From: Syntrophobacteraceae bacterium
GTDB lineage: Bacteria; Desulfobacterota; Syntrophobacteria; Syntrophobacterales; Syntrophobacteraceae
Direction of reading: 5' to 3'
Assembly: GCA_013314815.1 (NCBI GenBank)
Contig: JABUEY010000002.1
Coordinates: 4,192 to 68,191, forward strand
Length of the DNA: 64,000 nt
Shown piece by piece: positions 58,083 to 64,000 of this stretch (positions within the stretch are counted from its first letter, which is position 1; each line of letters begins with the position of its first letter). The position numbers and the translations under genes were made by a program. The notes beneath the pieces were generated by a model. That model did not search any database. It was not told where the DNA came from and saw only the letters and a list, made by a program, of their open reading frames with translations.

Positions 58083-58820
58083 GTGAACATGATGAAAAAC
58101 AGCAAGAAGGTCTTGAATTTTCCGACCGTAGCCGTGCCCAGTATCGAGGATGTGCTTTCCGAGTTTTTGAGAGATCAGCAGAGACGATTGAAGACCAGGA
58201 CTTTTCATCGCTACGAGGAAGTAATCGATCTTCTGCGCCACTGCCTGAACGGATATGGATACCACGAGTTGGATAATTCTGCCGAAGTGGCGCTGTACGA
58301 GAAGCTCTATTTCCAGAAGAACCTGGAGTTCTGCTTCATCTTCGGACCGGATAAGATACTTCCGTCTCTCTCCAATTTCCTCAATTATTTCATGATACGC
58401 AAGGTCATGGCCTCGGAGGCTCTGCTGCAGTCCACCGGAACTGTGGCCAAGAAACTGATCAGGTGGCTGGAGGAGCGAGGATACATCGACAGGGAACAGG
58501 CACTGAGGGGAATTCGCATCGCCTCGGAAGCCGCGAGAGAGCTCCCCGCCGCCGAGCGCCTGGCGCGCCTTCTTTATGAATATGCGCAGAATCATGCACC
58601 CCGTTACTGGACCTCGGAACTGGATGACTATTTCACCATCGACACGGTGCACCCGGGAATCCTGATTCTTTCGGGCTCCAGCACTTCGGGAATCGTAGAG
58701 GTTCGGGTTCCCAAGGAGATCACCGACCATTGCAGGGTCGGCTGGCAGGTCAACCTGCTTCTGGGAAAGACACGCAACGGATGGTGCATCCTGGAAACGG
58801 GGAACGTATATCCCGTGTAA
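58083..58820 (+). CDS. Hypothetical protein (245 aa), no family recognised
   Basis: Clean ORF on the same strand, 27 bp after the zinc-ribbon gene. The N-terminal helices (LSEFLRDQQRRLKTRTFHRYEEVIDLLRHCL) faintly resemble an integrase SAM-like core-binding fold. No catalytic domain is present. Confidence 0.55.
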   Translation: MNMMKNSKKVLNFPTVAVPSIEDVLSEFLRDQQRRLKTRTFHRYEEVIDLLRHCLNGYGYHELDNSAEVALYEKLYFQKNLEFCFIFGPDKILPSLSNFLNYFMIRKVMASEALLQSTGTVAKKLIRWLEERGYIDREQALRGIRIASEAARELPAAERLARLLYEYAQNHAPRYWTSELDDYFTIDTVHPGILILSGSSTSGIVEVRVPKEITDHCRVGWQVNLLLGKTRNGWCILETGNVYPV

Positions 58821-58970
58821 AGGCCTGAGTGTCGGCCTCTGCTTCGCCGGTTTGAATGGACCCGCTGCGGGATGAGGAAGGTTCCCCCGCCGGCGGCGGG
58901 GGGATCGGTTTCGATGCCTGCCGCCGCAAGGCGGGAGGCATCAGGGGCCTTATCGTGCCCGATGTGCGTC

Positions 58971-59564
58971 TCAGGCGAGGCAGGAATTGACAAAATCCCA
59001 GTGGATCAGCTTTTCGACGAAGGTGGCCAGATAGTCGGGTCTTCTGTTTTGGTAATCCAGGTAGTAGGCATGTTCCCACACATCGACAACCAGGATGGGC
59101 TTGACCCCGTGGGCGATGGGAGTATCTGCGTTGGCGGTCTTGGTTACCTGCAGCTTCCCGTTGTTTAGAACCAGCCACGCCCATCCGCTGCCGAACTGGG
59201 TTGCTCCCGCATTCTTGAATTCCTCGACGAATTTTTCGTAGCTTCCGAAGTCGGCAATGATCTTCTGCGCAACAGCCCCGGTCGGCGGGCCACCTCCATT
59301 GGGCTTCATGCAGTTCCAATAAAAGGTGTGATTCCAAACTTGGGCGACATTGTTGAAGATGCCGGCTTTGGATGCGTCTCCTGCGACCTTCCTGATGATC
59401 GATTCCAGATCCTGGTTTTCGAGTTCCGTTCCCGCGATCAGCTTATTGCCGTTGTCGACGTAGGCCTTATGATGTTTTCCGTGATGGAATTCCAGGGTTT
59501 TTGCGCTGATGTGCGGTTCCAGAGCGTCTTTTGCGTAGGGTAGATCGGGTAATTGGATAGCCAT
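58971..59564 (-). CDS. sodB: Fe/Mn superoxide dismutase
   Basis: Start is ATG 59564 after AAAGGAGG (MAIQLPDLPYAKDALEPHIS). Motifs EFHHGKHH and DVWEHAYYLDYQNRRPDY. Confidence 0.95.
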   Translation of the reverse strand: MAIQLPDLPYAKDALEPHISAKTLEFHHGKHHKAYVDNGNKLIAGTELENQDLESIIRKVAGDASKAGIFNNVAQVWNHTFYWNCMKPNGGGPPTGAVAQKIIADFGSYEKFVEEFKNAGATQFGSGWAWLVLNNGKLQVTKTANADTPIAHGVKPILVVDVWEHAYYLDYQNRRPDYLATFVEKLIHWDFVNSCLA

Positions 59565-59805
59565 GTTTCCTCCTTTGATTGTCTCGAAATTTCCGGTGAT
59601 CACAGGTGCCGGAAGGCACGAAAGAAACGATCCTGCTTCGGTGGTCTGCACCGAAACGAACCGAATATTGCAGGAGAATGAATGCCGGTGTTTCTCCAGG
59701 TTCGGTCCTCTCTATCATTAAGCACGGTTGCTGTTAAACTCAACGGTCTTTGAAAAAAATGCGCAGAGCCGGCTCCAGTCGGATGCCTTCGCTCTTTCTC
59801 CGGGA

Positions 59806-61086
59806 TCAAGCCAGGGTCCTGTCCAGGCAGGGGTTGAAATAACCGAGTTGAAGGTGCGGAAAGTTTTCCTTGAGCCGGGTGATGAGGTGCCTGATGCCAA
59901 GGGTCTTTCCGGGCCGGAAATCAATGGATTTCAGGTACCATTCGGGGTCGATGTTCAGGTTGCGCATCTGGATGAAGTCCGGGTGAGTTTCATCGACGAG
60001 TCGGCAAAGGGCCTGGAATTCGTTCACGTCATCGGTGAAGCCCGGAAGGACGAAATAATTGATGGAAGCAAAGGCTCCGTTCGACTTGGCGGAGAGAATG
60101 GATGCCTTGACGTCCTCGAAGGTGTAGCCCCGCGGGTTGAAATAGGCGGTGTAGAAGTCTCGACGAGCGCTGTTCAGGCTGACCCGTATGCTGTCGAGGC
60201 CCGCTTCACACAGGGCGGCCACTCTTGCGGGAAGGCTCCCGTTTGTATTGAGGTTGACGGTCCCTCTGCCCGTGGCTCTTCTCATGGCTGCAATGGCGGC
60301 CCGGATCGTATCGGCCTGCAGAAGGGGCTCTCCCTCGCACCCCTGGCCGAAACTCACAACGGCCCGTGGCGCCTGTTCGAGGTGTGGTATGGCGACGCCG
60401 CAGATTTCATCGGGAGTGGGAACGAAGGATATGCGATCCTGTGTGGCGCAGAGGTCTGTTCGCTCCTGCAGGCTGATGCATCCGAGGCATCGGGCGTTGC
60501 ATGCGGGGGAGGTGGGCAGGGGGGCTTCCCATCGGTTCATGAAGAGATTCCGAGCGGCCGGGCAGCCGTAGGTGATAGCGCATTTACCCAGGTGCCGAAT
60601 CAGCCGGTTACGGGATTCGCGGTCCATGCGCCTGCGAGCGTTTCTTTCGATTTGCCGGGGGTCGAAGTGCCTGAGGTCCTGCCTTTCGTCGGAATCGATG
60701 CGAAGCCCCGCGGCGACGAACCGGCCGTTCAGCCATCCCACGGCCGTGTACGAAAAAAGGGGCAGCAACCTGGCGTCCGGCTTCGACCGGTAGGCGGCCG
60801 TGAAGATCTGGGTGTGTGCGGGTGCCATAAAGGCCGCAACGGCCTGAACCGGTATTGATGGATCGAAGGGATCCCGGGACAGGACTTCAAATTGCCGTTT
60901 CCTGGGATTGTATCCGACGGGGAAACGATCGGGCAGCAGGAAAAGATCGCTGCCTTCAGGAAGAGGCATCCAGTCTTCGGGTTGAATGCGGTGCCACCGT
61001 TGTGCGCTGCTTCCCACCATTTCCAGTTCGGGGAAATCGAAAATGCGGCCACTGGAGTCGGCATAGACCAGAGCCGGCCTATTCAT
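59806..61086 (-). CDS. Radical SAM protein with a ~190-aa N-terminal domain of unknown function
   Basis: The CNARCLGC (CxxxCxxC) cluster motif sits mid-protein, followed by GEPLL and a TIM-barrel-like region. 426 aa. Confidence 0.8.
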   Translation of the reverse strand: MNRPALVYADSSGRIFDFPELEMVGSSAQRWHRIQPEDWMPLPEGSDLFLLPDRFPVGYNPRKRQFEVLSRDPFDPSIPVQAVAAFMAPAHTQIFTAAYRSKPDARLLPLFSYTAVGWLNGRFVAAGLRIDSDERQDLRHFDPRQIERNARRRMDRESRNRLIRHLGKCAITYGCPAARNLFMNRWEAPLPTSPACNARCLGCISLQERTDLCATQDRISFVPTPDEICGVAIPHLEQAPRAVVSFGQGCEGEPLLQADTIRAAIAAMRRATGRGTVNLNTNGSLPARVAALCEAGLDSIRVSLNSARRDFYTAYFNPRGYTFEDVKASILSAKSNGAFASINYFVLPGFTDDVNEFQALCRLVDETHPDFIQMRNLNIDPEWYLKSIDFRPGKTLGIRHLITRLKENFPHLQLGYFNPCLDRTLA

Positions 61087-61975
61087 TGGCGCCTTTGTCC
61101 AGGATTTCTCTGAAATTCATGACGCGGGCTCGATTCCGGTCTCCGAAAAGGCAAAGCAGTTCGTCCAGAAATTCGAAGGCGAAATGGGTCATCCGCTGGT
61201 GATGAATCATGATCCCCGCAGGTTCCTTTTTCCCGGGAAGGGAACTCAATTCTTCGAGCAGATTGTTGAAGTCGGATTCGGCATCCCTGTTCTTGCGGGT
61301 GTGGAGGTCCACGTGGATCTTGAGATTGACCAGGGGAAGAGGAGGTTTGATGCCCCTCGGAAAGGGGCCGGCCAGGGATACGCCGTCGAATTTAAGGTTA
61401 TGGAGAATCCTGAGGGTGGAGTTGGACAGCCTGTTCCACGGGGGAGTAAAAACGGATACAAGATGGCTGCCGAACAGGTCCTCCATCTTCTGGCGGCCCT
61501 GCCATATATCACGCCACTGCTTTTCGAAAGGGCGCTGCTCTCCAAATTCCGATTTCTTGCCGCTTCGCTGCCAGTTGACATGCCTCCACCCGTGCTGATG
61601 CCAGCTCCAAAGCGATTCGTCGACGGGAGCTGCGGCGAAGAGCCGCGTCCTGCGAACGTCGCTGAGCCAGGCGGGGACCACGGCCATGCCCAGGGGCATA
61701 TCGTGGTGACGGAAGAGCCTGCACAATGCCTCGAAAGCGCGGCCTCCTGCTCCGATATCGTCCGCCCGGAAGAAGATCGTGGCAGGCGAACTCCCGCATG
61801 CCCGATCGAGTGCGCCGGCAAGCTGCTCGCGCCAGCCTTTCGCGGATGTCTGCCACAGGGGAGAGAACTGTCGAGGACGGTAATCGGCGGGCACACCGAA
61901 GCGCGTCGAAACAGAGCTTCCATTTCTCAATGTAAACAGCTCCTTCCATTCTCGATAAAAGCAGACTTGAGACAA
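61079..61975 (-). CDS. Polysaccharide-deacetylase (NodB)/DUF2334-like protein
   Basis: 298 aa with FFRADDIG, WHQHGWRH and FTPPWNR, which are reminiscent of NodB-fold metal-site motifs. Its stop overlaps the radical SAM start by 8 bp. Confidence 0.5.
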   Translation of the reverse strand: MSQVCFYREWKELFTLRNGSSVSTRFGVPADYRPRQFSPLWQTSAKGWREQLAGALDRACGSSPATIFFRADDIGAGGRAFEALCRLFRHHDMPLGMAVVPAWLSDVRRTRLFAAAPVDESLWSWHQHGWRHVNWQRSGKKSEFGEQRPFEKQWRDIWQGRQKMEDLFGSHLVSVFTPPWNRLSNSTLRILHNLKFDGVSLAGPFPRGIKPPLPLVNLKIHVDLHTRKNRDAESDFNNLLEELSSLPGKKEPAGIMIHHQRMTHFAFEFLDELLCLFGDRNRARVMNFREILDKGANE

Positions 61976-62182
61976 CCGATAACATGAAACGGGAAGTTCT
62001 GTAATCGATCCTTTGTGGTAAAGATCAAAGTGGAGATATAATCAACCCCTCGACGGCAGAGAGAACACCATCGGGAAAACATTATAGGAGACCCCGGCGT
62101 TCGTCAAGTCGTTAGCTCCCGTGTATTCGAGGCTCCCGACGGTATAATCCATTTCGTTATAAAGAAATAGGGAAATTACTCG

Positions 62183-63391
62183 ATGAAAGAACCGGATTCG
62201 TCAAGCCAGAAGGCATTTCAACGCCGCATCAGAAGGCATGTTCTGGGCCCCGACCACCGCTTCGCTGTCATTACTCCTCCTGAACTGTCGGCGCTGTGCC
62301 GGGACGAACTTCGAGGTCTCGGCATTACGGAAACGGTTGTTACACAGGCAGGCATCGAGTATTCGGGCGACCTGGTTTCATGCTACCTCTCCAACCTGCA
62401 TCTGAGGACGGCGAGCCGTGTGCTGTGCCGCTTCAGTACCTTCAGGGCGGGAGTGGTCGGGGAACTTCTGCACAAGGTATTAAATCTAAAATGGGAGCTG
62501 TGGCTGAACCCGCGCATACTTCTGCAGGTGGAAGCTCATGTGGAACATTCGCGCATCGGTCATGAGGGCCTGGTGGCCGACACGGTTTTTTCCGGAATCC
62601 GCAAACGTTTCGGGATGCTGGGCCTGCCGCTTCCTGAATTGCGGGGATCAGCAGCTGCTGCCGAACCCGGCGACCGGCAGCGCATCATCGTGCACCTTAC
62701 GCACAACCACTGCGAACTCAGCCTGGACACCACCGGGGCACACCTTCACCAGCGGGGTTACCGGACCACTCACGCCGTCGCTCCAATGCGCGAAACCCTG
62801 GCCGCCGCGCTGCTTCTGAAGAGCGGCTGGAACGGAAGCACCCCCCTGGTGGACGGAATGTGCGGATCCGGCACCTTCCCCGTTGAGGCGGTTTGGATGG
62901 CTCGACGGCTTCCTCCCGGATTGAGGAGACGCTTCCTCTTCCAGGAGTGGCCGTCGTTCCGGCAGAAGACCTGGGAATACTTGTGCCGCAGGGCGGTGGA
63001 AGCGTCCACGGACTCATGCCCCATGCCTGTCATCGCCATGGACATCGATGCGGAGGCCCTTTCGACGGCAATGAAGAACGCTGAACGGGCGGGAATTCAG
63101 AAGGACATCACGTGGATGGAAACCGATTTCCTGGAATTCATTCCGCACAGGCATGGGCTTTCGCCAGGCCTGCTTGTCCTGAATCCGCCTTATGGGAAGC
63201 GCATGGCGGAAGGCGACGACCTTCTTTATCGGCGCCTGGGAGATCACCTGCGCACTTACTTCGCGGGGTGGCGGGTCGCCGTTCTTGTTCCCAGCCGATC
63301 GCATGCCTCCCAGCTGAATATGCCTTCTATCCGTCTGTGGCGCATCGTGCACGGAGGCCTTCCCGTCTTCGCAGCCATGGGGAGGCTGTGA
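62183..63391 (+). CDS. THUMP-domain class I SAM-dependent (RlmL/UPF0020-type) methyltransferase
   Basis: N-terminal THUMP-like region, SAM motif DGMCGSGTF and catalytic LNPPYG. Confidence 0.85.
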   Translation: MKEPDSSSQKAFQRRIRRHVLGPDHRFAVITPPELSALCRDELRGLGITETVVTQAGIEYSGDLVSCYLSNLHLRTASRVLCRFSTFRAGVVGELLHKVLNLKWELWLNPRILLQVEAHVEHSRIGHEGLVADTVFSGIRKRFGMLGLPLPELRGSAAAAEPGDRQRIIVHLTHNHCELSLDTTGAHLHQRGYRTTHAVAPMRETLAAALLLKSGWNGSTPLVDGMCGSGTFPVEAVWMARRLPPGLRRRFLFQEWPSFRQKTWEYLCRRAVEASTDSCPMPVIAMDIDAEALSTAMKNAERAGIQKDITWMETDFLEFIPHRHGLSPGLLVLNPPYGKRMAEGDDLLYRRLGDHLRTYFAGWRVAVLVPSRSHASQLNMPSIRLWRIVHGGLPVFAAMGRL

Positions 63392-63399
63392 ATGCGTCG

Positions 63400-64000
63400 T
63401 CAATGCGTGCGGGGAGCCATGAACTCGGGGCCGATGGGATTCTCGATGTGTCTTGTCAGGATCTCTTCCACTCTGTTCAAGTCAGCGGCGTCTATGTGCC
63501 AACCCGAGACCCCCGCATTGTCCTCGACCTGAGCTGCGGTTCGGGCGCCGGCGATGACCGTTGTCACTCCAGGCTGCTGCAGAGCCCATCGCAGAGCGAA
63601 TTGAGCCGGGGTTTTTCCGTATTTCGCCGCAATTTCCCTGAACTCGTTCACTGCGCTGACATAGTTCTTGAAGCGGTCCGGCTTGAATTTCGGATCTCCC
63701 CGGCGGAGATCCCCCCGGGGGAATCGTTCGCTGCCTTCGAACTTTCCCGTGAGCAATCCCCGGCAGAGGCCTCCGTAAACGAGAGTTCCAATGTTGTTTC
63801 CCTGGCAGAAGGGAAGAATGTCCTTCTCCGCCTCGCGTTCGAAAAGATTAAAGGGCGGCTGCAGGCTGTGGACAGGCCCGTGGCGCAGGCATTCTTCCAC
63901 CTGTTCGCGATTGAAGTTGCTCAACCCCACCCAGCGGATTTTCCCCTGCCGCTGCAATTCGATCATGGCTTCCATGGACTTGGCGAAAGGCACATTGAAG
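63400..64000 (-). CDS. Aldo/keto reductase, C-terminal part (gene continues beyond the right edge)
   Basis: GKIRWVGLSNF, LQPPFNLFERE and IAGARTAAQVEDN are typical AKR C-terminal motifs. The reading frame is open to position 64000. Confidence 0.85.
   Translation of the reverse strand, partial: FNVPFAKSMEAMIELQRQGKIRWVGLSNFNREQVEECLRHGPVHSLQPPFNLFEREAEKDILPFCQGNNIGTLVYGGLCRGLLTGKFEGSERFPRGDLRRGDPKFKPDRFKNYVSAVNEFREIAAKYGKTPAQFALRWALQQPGVTTVIAGARTAAQVEDNAGVSGWHIDAADLNRVEEILTRHIENPIGPEFMAPRTH

Noticed and set aside
1-64000. CRISPR array associated with the type I-E cas genes.
   Set aside because: No periodic repeat-spacer structure occurs anywhere in the window. In I-E loci the array normally follows cas2, which lies beyond the left edge. 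The single repeat-like 29-mer (6406-6434) and the hairpin at 46452-46470 are isolated copies.

Overview
High-GC bacterial chromosome segment. The gene content fits an anaerobic, selenocysteine-using deltaproteobacterium-like organism of the Syntrophobacterales/Desulfobacterota type. That assignment is inference only; no search was run.

Layout, left to right:
1. Right-hand edge of a type I-E CRISPR-Cas operon on the minus strand (cas3-cse1-cse2-cas7e, running off the window). A WYL-domain regulator lies upstream. No CRISPR array is in the window.
2. dus, an IspH fused to a polytopic membrane (UbiA-like) domain, a GT2 glycosyltransferase, der, and three K+ uptake genes (trkA, trkH, kup).
3. A 11-kb heterodisulfide-reductase/MvhD redox locus made of two paralogous modules. 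It contains four in-frame UGA codons that I read as selenocysteine: one in hdrA, one in the first mvhD, two in the second mvhD. The ORF track splits or completely misses these genes.
4. A Tim44-like protein, tsaB, and the conserved rseP-dxr-cdsA-uppS-frr-pyrH-tsf-rpsB block.
5. A CHASE2 adenylate cyclase, a FecR-TPR-beta-barrel giant protein, and a 74-aa Cys/Trp-rich ORF with a perfect Shine-Dalgarno.
6. A Trp-codon-rich leader ORF plus tandem intrinsic terminators, followed by aroF-trpEGDCFBA.
7. A visibly AT-richer islet holding a type-I-toxin-like mini-ORF, a CI/LexA-like S24 repressor, a zinc-ribbon protein and an orphan 245-aa protein.
8. sodB, a radical-SAM/deacetylase-like pair, a THUMP methyltransferase and a truncated aldo/keto reductase.

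Most long ORFs antisense to these genes are high-GC shadow ORFs. I recognised no rRNA, no complete tRNA, no transposase and no CRISPR array. The most interesting items are the multi-UGA Hdr/Mvh genes, the IspH-membrane fusion and the cyclase/FecR-barrel/Cys-peptide module. None can be called a proven new system from sequence alone.
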